Below, one piece after another: positions 24,080 to 37,284 of a stretch of DNA of 64,000 nucleotides. Numbering within the stretch: the first letter of the stretch is position 1; every line of letters begins with the position of its first letter. This stretch comes from Gekko japonicus (Eukaryota), in NCBI RefSeq assembly GCF_001447785.1, contig NW_015175971.1:391097-455096 (forward strand), written 5' to 3'. The position numbers were made by a program, and so were the translations under genes. The notes beneath the pieces were generated by a model. That model searched no databases. It saw only the letters and a program-made list of their open reading frames with translations, and was not told where the DNA came from.

Positions 24080-24735
24080 CACAATATATTAAGAGTTTCT
24101 ATTTTGATTATTTCATATGAACAGAACACAAAAGGCCTGTGTGGTGCTTCTATCAATATGCCATATTGACACAAATTCCATCTATTCCAATGGGAAGTAG
24201 TTCAGGACTGTGATTTTAGCAGAGTGCTTGCAACATACACCTAATTCGTGTTTACCACTTTAAACTGTTGAATTAATCCTTAACCAAGATCCATCATTGG
24301 CCAAGTTAGAATTTCCAAGCACCAAAATGGAACTATTAAAGAGAAGCACGCCCCTCCCCCATTTCCACAATATCCCCCCCCCCATTCAGTTCACATCACT
24401 CATCAGTCAGAACATTTTATTTTTAAAGTGGCTCTTTTAAAAGCCATGTTTGCTTCCTATACCATATACATTTACATGTGACTCATTTTAGACTGAATCC
24501 TGTCCTTTGTGTCACTTGGTAAAAATGCCCTGATGAGAAATGAAGGCCTTCTTTTGATGCATTTACATACACAGCACAGGTATCCACTCAGATTCTTCTT
24601 GAATTCCCCCCTAAAGCCAATAAGAAGCCTTGAAAACTCTAAAACAGAAGATGTCTCAACAAGTTTTACTTGCCATATTTTTGTCCCATTGTTCCGCTTC
24701 CCAGCCTTAGAAACTGAAGTAGTAATAATGGAAAA

Positions 24736-25083
24736 GTAAAGGTAAAGATTTCCCTTGCTCGAAAGCCAGTCGAATCCGACTCTAGGGTTGTGGTGCTCAT
24801 CTCCGTTTCAAAGCTGAAGAGCCAGCGCTGTCCGAAGACGTTTCCGTGGTCATGTGGCCGGCATGACTAAGCACCAAGGCGCACAGAACGCTGTTACCTT
24901 CCCACCGAAGTGGTCCCTATTTATCTACTTGCAATTTCTTACTTTCGAACTGCTAGGTTGGCAGGAGCTGGAACTAGAGACGGAAGCTCACTCCGTCATG
25001 CGGCACTCGGGTCTTGAACTGCTGAACTACTGACCTTCCACAGCCTGCAGTTCAGCATCTTAACCACTTGAGCCACCACAGCT
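24736..25083 (-). mobile_element. Sauria SINE
   Basis: Near-identical to 19884-20232. Confidence 0.92.
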
Positions 25084-26095
25084 GGTGGAAAACCAGCGGC
25101 TTAAATAATTAGATTTTGATCTTGCCGGTTCCAGTTTTTGGCGCGGCAAAGGCTCCTATGAAGCCGTCAGGATTGCCAGGTTTGGAGGGGGTTTAAACTC
25201 CTTCAGAGCCCCCATGGACCTCTCTGTAGAGGGGGCCAAACAAGGGGCTTGATCTTGGACTCTCTGTGAGCGGTGGCAAGAGGATTGAGTCCAAGATCGC
25301 CCTGAAGCCTGAACCTGTGCGAGAGCACCTATGGACTCCATAGCTGCAGAGCCATGAATCACTGGGATGAGGGGAACAAAATCAACCCCATACAGAACTT
25401 TAAAAGAAACTCTACCACCGTGAGTCCTATTAAAGCACTGAATTCAGAAGAGATTCTCCGTTTTGATATAGCCCTTTAAAAGAGGAGGTAAAAAGAGGAA
25501 GGTGAGGGGATTTCCTACACACACACCAGAAGTGGCTTGGAAAAGAGCTATTTTAAGATATATAAATACTTGCAAGGGCTGAAAAATGGTTGATGCCTGG
25601 AATTAAAACTTTTTAACAGACTCATACTACTCTTCAAATATAACTTGATGCTTGGAGAAACAGTGGATTATAATTTTGGACATTTGGACTAGACTTTCTT
25701 TTATCAAACCCCCACTTGGAATTATAATTTGTCTTTACTTGGATTATAACTTGGCTATTCATGAAGATACCCTAAAGGATTATATATTTACATGAAGTTA
25801 CCCTAAAGAATTATAAATTTTTATAACCATTCATTTGGATTACAAATTAAAGACAAAGAACAAAGAAGAAAAGAGGAGCCTGTAAATTGACTGGAATTTA
25901 CTTTCACTTTCCATACATCATTTCCGCAGGGGTTATGTTTTTAATTTGGAATTGTTATGTCTTTGCATGTTGTTATTACAAAAGCACAATTTGTTTTTGA
26001 GAGAAATATAAACTGTTGATAATTTCTTTGGGGCTAGACTGAGAGTATTTATAAAACAATTAAAAAGGGAGGTTAAACTTGAGATATTGACTGAG

Positions 26096-27907
26096 GACTT
26101 CCGGTTTATGGCAACACGCTGGCAGACGCATCTCCCGGACCTCCCGGGGATGTGATCTGCACACCAGCAGATAGGAGGGGGGGTGACGAGTCGCCACCCA
26201 CCCCAGAGCCTTGGCAAAAAGCTCCTAGCCATGGGGCTTTTGAGGGGTGACCTCTTTGCCAGCACGATGCTGGGGAATTGAGGCACTCCTCCACCCTGAC
26301 GGTCCTGCTGCTGAGTGTCCGTATGGATCTAGAGCCACTGACCGGGACAAGCGTCGGAGATCGAGCATTTTAAATGTGTTCCGAGTGAGGTCGTATGACC
26401 AACAATGAACTGTGAGTCAGGTTAAAGCAAAACGAGAATTTAAAAAGAAAGCTACCCCCTGGGAACGGTGAGAAAAGCGAGCGGGGGAGGGGCCCTTCCC
26501 ATGTGCATGAACTAAAAAACGATATACCAAGGGGGGGGGGGAGCGAAAGAAAAAGCATTGAAATCTGTTTTGAGAGACTTACCAGATCGCGGAGAGGCGT
26601 ATGGGTGAATTTCAGAGACTTTAGCAAGTTTTCACAAAAGTAAATAATCCATAAAGATGGCAGGGAAGAGGGCAGAGAAAGACAAACCAGTAAAAGTGAA
26701 ACCAGCAGGGAACATGAGCCCTCGACTGGAAGAGGTCACTGAGTTCTCCAAAATGTTGGCAGATTCCTTATGCCCTCTGCTGGACCAGATAACTAACATC
26801 AAACAACAGCTGACAACTCTAAATCAGAACCTGACAACTCAGCAGCTCCAACTGACTGAGACCTTTAAAATGATGGAGCAAACGGCTGAGAATGTGAAGG
26901 AAATGGCGTTAAGAAAAAGTTAAGAAAAAGGTGCAAAAGCTGGAAAAGAAACAAGCTTTGGAAGAATCACGACTTTTACAGCTGCAAATGGAGAAAGCAA
27001 ATTTGGTCCTCCGGTTTCAAGGGGTGCCAGAATTAAAAGATGAGAATCTAAAGCAACTTTTGAGTGAAGCATCAGCCCCAGTCACAGATTTGAAAGCGGA
27101 ATATCTTGTAAATGAAATGGATGTGGTCTATAGGTCCTATTCCGTGTATATTAAAAAGAATAATCTGCCTGGGGAAATAGTGGTCAGATTCTCGAAGTGG
27201 CATGTGAGGGATTCTATCCTGAAAACAACTACAGGAACACCCTTGAAAATCGGGGACAACATCATCAAGATCGTAAAAGACATCCCATTTGAAATAAGGC
27301 AAAAGAGAAAGAAATATAAAAACTTAATATTTTTTCTACAAACAAACAGCATTGTCTACAGATGGTTAATTCCAGAAGGCATCATTTTCAAACTACATGA
27401 TAAAAAAGAAAAGCTTGACATTGTCCCTAAAGCACATGAGTTCTTGAGATTGCAGTTGGGAGAGACAGTCGAGGTCGAGAAGGAAGAAGATGACAGCATA
27501 TCCAGTGGCAAATTGAACTCTGTGTCTTCCGACAAGGACTCTGCTTCTGATAAGGGGGCAGCTGCCCCCAAACATGCATATAAATTGAGGATTAGAAAAG
27601 ACAAAACAAAATGAAGGCTGAAGGACTCTGAATTGTGCCTTAAAACTTTAATTTTATTATGGGATGCTCTGGGGATTCTCTTAAGCAGTTAAATCAATGG
27701 ATAAAAAGATAAATAATTTAGCATAACTGACTATGTTCAAAGTAATACTAACAATTTAAGATTAACATTTATATAAACTGTTGTTATGATCTCCTATTCT
27801 TGGGGGTTTAGTTATTAGTGGTTTTCTTTTCTTTCTCCCTAGATGTAGTTACCCCTTCCCAATTTTTTGTTGTAGTTTGTAGTCTATTAAAAATGCAATT
27901 AAAAAAA
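26096..27907 (+). mobile_element. ORF1-only L1 derivative (HAL1-like)
   Basis: 5' GACTTCCGG, ~560-bp 5' UTR, L1 ORF1 at 26657-27614, short 3' UTR and poly(A); TSD agatat(t/c)gactgag (26082-26095, 27908-27921). No ORF2. Confidence 0.85.
26657..27614 (+). pseudogene. L1 ORF1p (coiled coil, RRM, CTD), ~318 aa, with a single +1 frameshift
   Basis: LRFQGVPE, EIVVRF..WHVRDSIL, DIPFEIRQKRKKY and YRWLIPEG motifs. Removing one A from the A-run at ~26914-26918 fuses ORFs 26657-26923 and 26931-27614. Confidence 0.85.
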
Positions 27908-28146
27908 AGATATCGACTGAGAGGGGACCTGTGAATATTAACATGTGGTTAACAGGTTAACATATGGTGAAGAACTGGAAGAAGAAACAGAAACTACAGA
28001 GGAGGACCAGCGAGAAACACAAGGAGCAACTGGAGGAAATGGAAAGACTTTAAAAATTAGAAAAACTGGAAAGATCACAACACCCCAGATGGTTACAAGA
28101 CTTCAACTGAAGAATAAAGAAGACAGTAAAATTCAAACTAAAGATG

Positions 28147-28428
28147 GAAGTAGTGGCGGCTACAAGCATGGACGGCCTCAAAAGGGAATTAGATAAGCAT
28201 ATGGAGCAGAGGTCCACCAGTGGCTATTAGCCACAAGGTATAGATAGGGACTCTGGGGCAAGTGATGCTCTGTCTGCTTGGTGCTTGGGGGGGTCAACAG
28301 TGGGAGGGCTTCTAATGTCCTGGCCCCACTGGTGGACCTCCTGATGGCACTGGTATTTCTGGCCACTGTGTGATACAGAGTGTTGGACTGGATGGGCCTT
28401 TGGCCTGATCCAACATTCTTATGTTCTT
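28147..28428 (+). mobile_element. CR1 LINE 3' end
   Basis: Nearly identical to 39116-39404; ends ttcttatgttctt. Confidence 0.88.
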
Positions 28429-28713
28429 AAATGATGCAAACAAAATTCCCCATATGTGTATTTCTGTATTTTTGTCTTTGTATGAGTGTTATAAAAAATA
28501 AAAAAGTTATATATAAAAAAAGAGATCTCGGCAGCATATACTACCCCCCCACCCCCACTTCATGTTCTCAGTTTCTCCTTGAAGGAGAATGGGCTGAGAC
28601 CAACTGGTCCAAGATCTCTCACTGAGCATATTGGCAGGATCGGGATTTTATCGTAGATCTCTCCTGACCTATTCCCATCCCATGCCTTTTTTCTTTAATT
28701 AGTGGGTTGTGAT

Positions 28714-28914
28714 CAGTGTTCCCTCTAAGCTGAGTTAGCTAGCTCACAGTTTTTTAGCCTCCGGCTCAGACATTTTGGTCTTAGCTCAGGAAGCATGGCT
28801 CCAGACCAAACTAATTTAATGCAGTAGCCAAATTGCTCGCTCACAACTTTAATGCCAGTAGCTCACAAAGTAGAATTTTTGCTCAGAAGACTCCACAGCT
28901 TAGAGGGAACTTTG
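28714..28914. mobile_element. hAT-type MITE (same family as 13395-13600, opposite orientation)
   Basis: TIR cagtgttccctctaagctg; 8-bp TSD gttgtgat. Confidence 0.9.
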
Positions 28915-29318
28915 GTTGTGATTATATTGTTCTTATACTTTCTAATCTTCATATTTGTTATCAGCATTTTGAAACTGAGAAACGGGAAAAAAGCTATCAA
29001 AAAAGTAAAAAGCCTTTGTTATTCTGTGCCAGGGCTACAGAGTTCAAGTGGAAAATTATTTTTGATATTAAAATGATATGAAGATGGGTTTAAAATGCTT
29101 TCTGTCTTCATTAATAACCACCACATTTGCATGCAGCCAAAGAATCTGAGAAATGGTCTTTATTAATATGGCCCATTTTGTTCTGTCTACCCATGGCAGC
29201 ACAGGCGTTGACCAACAGGCCATCCAGTTCAGTTGTCACTAAGAAACTTGGCCATTTTGCTAGCCACTGCACAAAGTCAATCAGGCAAGTTCACTTACTG
29301 TTTTCCATCAGATTAGTT

Positions 29319-29514
29319 TAGGGTTGCCCACTCCCACTATTTCAACTTATCTCCAGGTGACAGAGATCAGCTCCTCTGGAGAAAATGGCTGCTTTGGAGG
29401 GTGGGCTCTATGGCGTACCCTGCTTGAGGTCTCTCCCCGCCCCAAACCCTGCCTTCCCCAGGCTCCATCCCCCCAAATCTCCAGGGATTTCCCAACCCAG
29501 AGCTGGCTGCCCTA
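29319..29514 (+). mobile_element. MITE with TAGGGTTGCC ends
   Basis: tagggttgcc ... ggctgcccta termini; same core as 6359-6701. Confidence 0.7.
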
Positions 29515-30164
29515 GTTAGTTATTAGGAAATGGCTCAGTGCGTCATTTTCTGCCTCCATATCTGGTTTTAGAGCAGTGGTTTTTCAGGTTTTCTACACTT
29601 CCAAATTGAAAGAGTGTGCAGGATTACGAAGGGGCACACACTGTTCCTACAAAATACAGACCGGGCCTTCCAGGGATCCCCAACCAAACAGAGTCTGAAA
29701 ACCAATGGTCTAGAACATGAGCTTTCTGGGCGTGAGAAACTGCATACTTTATCAATCTGTATCTGAAATACTCCAGAAACAGGGCATACTTTAGACCAGA
29801 TATAAATAAGAACTCACTGCACCTGCACGACCCTAGGTGAAAGTGTTTTTTAAAAAAACTTCCTGATGCATGATGAATGTTAACACAGACTGACAGCTTG
29901 GCTGATCCTGTTGCTGCTTGCCTCAAGCAAGTCAGATCTATGGGAGAGGGAAGTAAAAAGGGCACCACCTAATTTACAGTCCTGAAGCACAAGGGCGGCA
30001 CTAAGCCTCCAAAACACTAGAGATTAGCCACTGCCCAGTTTCACTGAGACAATGGGGCAGGGTGTTGATGTTCTCATGGGTTGGGTGGTGCATGTCAAGG
30101 TTCAGCAACTGGAGACCACAGAGCTAAATCTGCCTCCATCCCTATAACTAAAAGGAACATCTAT

Positions 30165-30325
30165 ATACAGAGGCAGCAAACCTTGGAATACCAATTCTAG
30201 AAGGCAGCATCAGGGGCAGGCCCCAGCCTCTACGTCTTGTTGGTTTGGCCCTCTAAGACAACCAATTGGCCACCGTGTGAAACAGGATGCTGGACTAGAT
30301 GGACCACCAGTCTGATCCAGCCAGC
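30165..30325 (+). mobile_element. Old CR1-type 3' UTR fragment
   Basis: ggccaccgtgtgaaacaggatgctggactagatggacc...tctgatccagc tail; similar remnant at ~33770-33935. Confidence 0.65.
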
Positions 30326-33162
30326 TTTACTTGTGGTCCTACGTCCATAGCCCCACAAAGTAGTACATAACAGATCTTGTTGCTTCCATTCCACTTGGCA
30401 ACGGGGGGGAGGGCATAGCCTCCCTCCCTCCAGCCCTTTCTCAAAGCAGTCCTCCCATTAAATTTGCTGCTGACCATGGTTCGCCGAATAAAGACACCCA
30501 GAAACACTGGGGAAATACTGGATTAAGTGGAGGCTCACACCTCTGATGTGGAGAACAATTCTTTAAAAACTGAACCAGAAACTTCTAAGCTCTGCAAACT
30601 CAATTAACAGTTCTCCCATTTTAGCAGAGGTTCCGAAGATAGCTTGCTGTGTTATGAGAACAGTAACATTTATTTCAAGAACCACATAACACCTAAAAGT
30701 GGTGTCTGGGTAAAGGCTGATGGGTGTGCTCTGTAAGCAGGAGAGAGTTTCAGAGGTGATAAACTTGGTTCCTCATTTGTTACAGGGCAACAGCTGGGAA
30801 CAAAAAGACCAAAGGAACATATTAGTAGAATAATATTTAATAGCATGGTAAAATATTATGCTATTAAGATGTAGCCTTGGACTATGGCAAGCTGTCTCTG
30901 AAATGACTGCTTGGATAAGCCCAGAGTAAAATTGGCCATTACGATTCTCAATCTTCCAGTGTTAGAGGCAGTCTAAGAGTAGGACATTACAGTGCAAGAA
31001 AGAGAGAAACCACTAATCCCAATCCTGGAAGTGCTCCTAGTTACTTCAAACTATAGCTATTAAAATGCCAGTAGGATGCTATTATACCAGCTGGCCACAG
31101 AGTTATTAATTAACAGCCAAAGATTTGTGGGTGTACATGTGTTTATCAGTTACCCATTGTCATATTGCAGAGGGCAGGTTTTGATTTATGTATCACATGC
31201 CTTTGAGATCTTCTGTCGTCTATCCCATGATGATCTCTACAGCCTAGAGCTGTCCCGTAGTGGTGTCCGGTACGGCCCGCACCATGTGCAAACTGGAAGG
31301 GAGGGGGTTGTTTCTTACCTTTGGGATTTTCTTCTTTCAGGGAAAAGCTGTTTAGAATATTTTCTGGAAACAGTGCAAACGTCTAGCCAAGCATTTAATG
31401 GCTGCAGATGATCCGGATGTTCCTTAGCTACTGGCCTTGGGGGGGGGGGAGATATATAAAGGATTCTGATCAAACATTTCTGGATAACACAGGCTCAAAA
31501 AATCCAAATAATATACTGAAAGGGACATATAGCTGTAAGCGCCTACTTTGTGTGCACAAGGTCACAGCAGGTTCCATCCTCAGATTCTTCAGTAGAAATA
31601 TCTTGGATAGCAGGACTGTAACAGACCTTTGCCTAAGCCTCTAGTGAGCACTGCTGTGTAGGAATACATTTATCTACGTTGGATATTGTAACTCTGCTTG
31701 CAAGATCTGGGAAGGAAAGGGTTACGATAATTCTTTCTCACTCATCCGTTAGATGCTGAGCCTCTTTGGCCATTGATTGCCTTCATCTTATATAGGACCT
31801 CTCTTCTTCTCTTTCTTACCTGGACTTGGAGCTGTAGCAAGTTAACCTTTTTGAAGTTAATCTGTTCACAGGCTTTTACGTAGGGGCCGCCACTACCACC
31901 ATCATGTGGTTAGTAACGGCCACAGAAGATCTGCCAAAATACTACACAGCACTGGTACCACCGGACTATGTATCAACTATAGTTGGACTATGTACCAACT
32001 ATAGGCAATACCGCCTTTAATAGCAGCCTGATATTCCCCTGCAAACTATGGAGACCATCCTGTCCTTATTGAACACTTTATTCTTTGTTGATTTAAATGG
32101 TTTTACTGTTTTATTCTGTTTTACTGTGTTCTTATGTGTGAGCACTAGTGCTCCCTTGTAAGCTGCCCTGAGCCCGCTTGCAGGGAGGGCGGGGTATAAA
32201 TATAAAAAATAAATAAATAAGTTAACTGTACCTACATGAATATGTCATGTAAGATGTGCTACTAGTTTTGTAAGTAAAATTTCTTTCTGTTGTCAGCACT
32301 GAAGTCAGATCAGATTTGTAATTTGTTTGAGTAGCATTTCCCCCTTAACAGGGAAACATGGAGAATCAAGGATACTGCATAAAGGTTCTGTGCTTCCAAG
32401 GCAAATGCTTTTTTTTTTTTTTACATTTAACCCAATAATCCATCTCCCCATGGATGAAAAAGTCACTCTGAAGGGTTAAGGGTCAGCAGAACAATGGACA
32501 GAGGGGAAAGAGAGATAATACACAGACAAAGTAATATCAAGCTAGGTTCTCAGAGCAGCTTTATATATTCAAAGTAAATACAGCACCACAGAAAATACAT
32601 TGGGAAGGATTAAGGGATACAAAAACGCATTTGCAAACATTTTCCCAGAGGCTTTCCATAGACACTGTGCCAGCCTGCCCATTACCAAAATGATGATCAC
32701 CATTTCTGCAGACAAGCCTCAGTTACTAAGGGGCAGATAACAGGGTCTAGTGGACAACTTCATGTACTGAGTGAAAATTAGTTCTTTCTACTCCCTCTAC
32801 TGGTAGGAAGGAAAATAAATTTATATCGATAAATGATCTTATTTCAGGCCTGTTCTTACACAGAGTTTTCTTCTACAGGGCAACATTCAGGTTGGTTCCT
32901 ATGTTCAAACACAAATAAAATATTCAGTGCTATGAGATATTTAGTGTCACTGGCTTAGATAGCATTAAAAGTAGATTTTGTTGGCAAAAAGATTTTACAA
33001 CTGCATAGCTTTATGACAAGGTGGCTTTACAATCTGTTGCTGCTATTGTGAAAGGTGGTTGATTTTTATGACTGTATGGATTTTGATAAGACAGCTTGAT
33101 GACTTGTTTTATGTTATTTCTTTGGGTGTATTGTTATTCTAATGTTTAACGTTATATTTGTA

Positions 33163-33614
33163 CAAGAGGCGGGACCCGCGATACTCGCGGGGGGGAGGGA
33201 GCTCCACACTGAGCAGGCAGAGGAGGAAGCAGCAGGAGCAGGTAAGCTCCCCCCCATCCCGCCGGTTGCCCCCGTCTCCTCCACCCCCCTTCCACCACCC
33301 ACCCGCGCGGCTTGCAGCTGCCGGGCCTCGCCAGTCCTCCCCCCGGCCCGCCAAGCCTTCTCCCGCCAAGCTTTATCCCTCTCTCTGTGGCGGCGGCAGT
33401 GAGGCAGTTTGCAGAGCGTTCCCTGCGCATGCGCAGGGGACACTCTTTTATTTTTGAGGGGATTTAAATATCCCCCCGATATTTTTTTCAGATTTTTGTG
33501 CACACCTGGGGACTGCCCCAAGTATGCAGGAAAATCTGCCTGCCCCCCAGGTGCCCCGATGTGCGGATTTAGATATCCGCATGCAGGGGGCGCCTTTCGC
33601 TATTAGTATATAGA
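33163..33614 (-). mobile_element. Non-autonomous Helitron
   Basis: Minus-strand 5' TCTATATACTAATA; 3' hairpin CCCGCGAGTATCGCGGG then CTTG; A|T insertion site. Related to 9072-9612. Confidence 0.82.
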
Positions 33615-34274
33615 TTGATATTAGTTCCTCCCCCCCCATTAGTATGAAAACTGCGTAGGTGAATACACTGAGGAAAAGTAGTATAGAAATAAACTGTAAT
33701 AAATACAAATCCACAGACAAAAGCTGCTGGTAGAGCACAAGGGCTAAAATGGAATCCGCATGTTCAGAGGTGGCATATCTCTGAGGTCCAGTTACTGAGG
33801 AGGGAAACCGGGGAACGGCAGCTACCCGTAGAACCTCCTTGTGCATTTCTTAGAGGCATCTGGCTGGCCACTCAAGGAAATGAGAGAGTGGATGAGATTG
33901 GTCTTTGGTCTGATCCAGCAATGTACATTTTATGTTTAGTCAAAATTGACCATATTCCTGGATATTTATGAAAATAGCTCCAATCAAGGAATTGAAAAAA
34001 AACACAACCAGTCACCTTTTAAAGCAATGCTTTCCCCAAGCATAACCTACTGCCACAACTATTCCAGAAAGCTTGAGGAAGACATGATGCAGTAGCCAGT
34101 CTTCTGTGCAACTTCAGAAGAACAGCAAAGGCTCCCATACTGGCAATCTGAAGACCAGTGTGAACAAAGCATTCCTTGTCCACTAGCTCAAGCTGAAAAA
34201 TAAAGCAATATGGGGAGGCAACGTTTGCGGGCCTTAATTGGCATTGCATGTATTCAGATTTTCTACTGATCTTG

Positions 34275-34868
34275 CATCAGACTTCAACAACAGCAATAAA
34301 AAAGCTAAATAAAATAGATCCAAAAATAAATAAACTCTGTTGGAAAAAATGTGGGAAGATTGGAGATTTTATGCATTGTTGGTGGTCCTGTCCCTCTGCT
34401 CAACAATTCTGGACACAAATTGTTCAACAAATTCACAAAATTACGGGAACTAACTTACCTTTTCTACCTGAAATGGTCCTGTCGGATGTCATCCCAGATA
34501 CCTGTGAAAGAAAAGTCACTAGAAAATTAATAGCAACATTGTTAGCAATTGCACGAATAACATTAGCCCAATATTGGAAAAACAAAAATCAACCTACTCT
34601 GCAATGTTGGCAAAACAAAATCTGGGAACACTTTGTATATGGTAAAATAGTCTCTCACCAAAAAGATTTTCAAGCAACTTGGTTCCCAGCAGTGGAATAT
34701 CTCGCAGAAGAAGAAGTGATTCCAAACAACTCTTATTACAAAGTCCTGTTATATTTTTAAAAGGCTCTTACGGGTTGAGAATGTTGATTATTGCATGGTA
34801 TTAATATGTGTTCTGAATGTACTGTTGAATATATTGTTCAGAATAATAAAAAACACTTATTTTAAAAA
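34275..34868 (+). mobile_element. L1-clade LINE 3' end
   Basis: CWKKCGKIGDFMHCWWSCP zinc knuckle, stop at 34760, then AATAAA and an A-rich tail at ~34845. Confidence 0.85.
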
Positions 34869-35819
34869 AGCTTTCATTTTTTAAAAGGTCAAGTAGCAGC
34901 AAGTTTCTAGTCCTTATGGCTACAAAGACAAGCTAGAGATCAAAGGCAACAGGGAGAACTGAAAAGCTGTCCAGCAGCTGAGCAAGAATCACAGATGGGT
35001 ACCAGGCTTCAGTGCTATGGATCTTAGCCCTTCCTCCCATTATGCAAAATACATGTGTGCATAACTGAGAACAAAGTATTCAAAGCCCAAAGCGTGAGTG
35101 TGATACAGAGCCCACTGTTATGCATGATATTCTATTTGCAGAAGAAATTAAATGGGAGATATGGATTTTTTTTCTGTGCTCTGACCTGAACCACATCTGT
35201 GCTCTTCTGCTACACTTGGTCCTGTGGTTTGTTAAAAAGTGCACTTTTTCCTCAGGAAATATTGATCCTCTTTTGCTACAGGAATAACTTTGAACACACT
35301 GTATCCCAATAAGCAAAGCAGTTCTGGGAAGAGTTCACGGGACTTTTAAGTGAAGCCAAATATGTATAAAGCTGCATCATGAAAGGCAAACACAAATTCA
35401 AAGCAGCAGCCGGGTTGAAGTCTAACTGCTCTAGTGTGATTGGGGCATATTCCAAAAGCAAACAGGAATTCCCAAGGCCAAGGTCTACCCTCTGAGTGAA
35501 GTTCACATTGCTTTTTTTAAGCGACATACTCCCATTAGTTTGAAAGTATTGCAAAATTCTCACTCGAGCAATTCATTACTCAGAGGGTGTCAATCGTGAA
35601 CAGCTGGATTACCATGGATTAGAAATTGTCATCACCTGTGAAAGGTAGAACATCCCATCAATTGTTCCAGCAAAAGGCAGCCTGCATAAACATGCAAGAA
35701 TGGGCACATCAGAACTTCAGCAGCCATACTTCACTCGTCAAAGCTACTCTATAGCAACTGGCATCCAGATAAAAATGGCACCAAATTGAGCAAAGTGCTC
35801 TGGGCCCTCAGCTGAATAT

Positions 35820-36192
35820 GCACAGGAACGGAGTTCCGGCTGGCTCCCAAGTTGGCCACACCCAGCAGGAACTCATTAGCATAATAGGCCACACCCAACA
35901 GCAGAAATTCATTAGGATTGGCTACATTAGGGGTGTGTGGCCTAACATGCAAAGGAGTTCCCGCTACAAAAAAAGCCCTGGGTTTTGACAACAAACAAGG
36001 TAAACAGAATAACAAGCAAAAGGTGGGTGTGGCTGGATAACCACACTTCTGGTAACATGGGGGTGCGTCCTAATGTGCCAATGAGCTTTGCTGGCAGGGG
36101 TGTGGCCTAATATGCTAATGAGTTTCTGCTGTTGGGTGTGGCCTATTATGCTAATGAGTTCCTGCTGGGCTTTTTCTACAAAAAGAGCCCTG
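35820..36192. mobile_element. Composite hAT-type MITE (second copy, left end missing)
   Basis: Near-identical to 21346-21716, including the middle spacer. Confidence 0.85.
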
Positions 36193-36562
36193 CCCTTCCA
36201 CCAAGTCTTTCTCCAACAGAAAACTTATCTCCTTTAGAGGAATCATTTCTCCATCAGAAAGAGTCATTTCTACATTGGCAATGGCATAGGATTCAGCTTA
36301 ATGGAAGGAAGTCACAGGATGCAATCCCATGTACCTGTACCCAGAAAGACCTAAGCAGAGCTCAGCTGAGTAAGGCTGCAAACTCCCTTCACCCCAATAG
36401 AGGTTCTGTACCTTTAACAGTTATGCAACAGACAAATTCAACAGATGCATCTTTCAGCATGGCCATGACTACAACCATAGCAACCCTGTAGATGAACAAT
36501 CTTGGGCATGTTATTGTTACTTGGGAATCTTAGTGTTATTTGTAAAATAGTATGAGTGACCT

Positions 36563-36915
36563 GGGGGCCGCGGTGGCTTAGAGGTTAAGACACTGAGTTG
36601 CAGACCTGAAGGTCAGTAGGTCAGCAGTTCGAGACCCTAGTGCCGCATGATGGAGTGAGTTCCCATCTCTGGCCCCAGCTCCTGCCAACTTAGCAGTTTG
36701 AAAGCAAGAAACTGCAAGTAGATAAATAGGTACCGCTTCAGTGGGAAGGTAACAGCATTCCGTGTGCCTTGGCATTTAGTCATGCCGGCCACATGACCAC
36801 GGAGAAGTCTTCAGACAGCGCTGGCTCTTTGGCTTGGAAACGGAAATGAGCACCGCCCCCTAGAGTCAGATTCGACTGGCTTTCGAGCAAGGGAATCCTT
36901 TACCTTTACTTTACC
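36563..36915 (+). mobile_element. Sauria SINE
   Basis: 12-bp TSD tatgagtgacct; ACCTTT tail. Confidence 0.93.
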
Positions 36916-37284
36916 TATGAGTGACCTACTTCACAAGGGTTTTGTGTAACATTTTATCAAGGCAGTACATAATTTACACGGCACATTCAACACATGAAGT
37001 GGAAAACTGTACATACATGCCTCTCTATTTGCCAGCAGGACAGAGAATATCATGTATGGCTGCAGCTGTTGCTACTGCACTGCTGGCCTTTGCACACAAA
37101 CAACGTCTACGAACACATGTATACATTGGATAACACCAAGCATATCGGCAAATGTACTTTGTATAGAATCAAGGCCAGCCTTACCAGAAAGAGATATGGA
37201 GACAGCAGCTTCAAGAGTTGGGCTGGGGTTGTAAATTTTTCCTGCCTCCATTATTTATTTATTATTTCAACTTTTACCACGCCC

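Larger units (their letters stand above)
25125..28521 (+). mobile_element. Older L1-derived element interrupted by the HAL1-like element and a CR1 3' end
   Basis: GC-richer 5' part, continuous sequence across the 26082/27908 TSD, acidic/basic ORF1-tail-like peptide (27945-28196), and T-rich 3' UTR with A-rich end at ~28495-28521. Confidence 0.45.

Noticed and set aside
31200-31440. Possible minus-strand exon ending at an aag|gtaag donor (~31318)
   Set aside because: The translation matches nothing I recognise and there is no convincing acceptor or partner exon.
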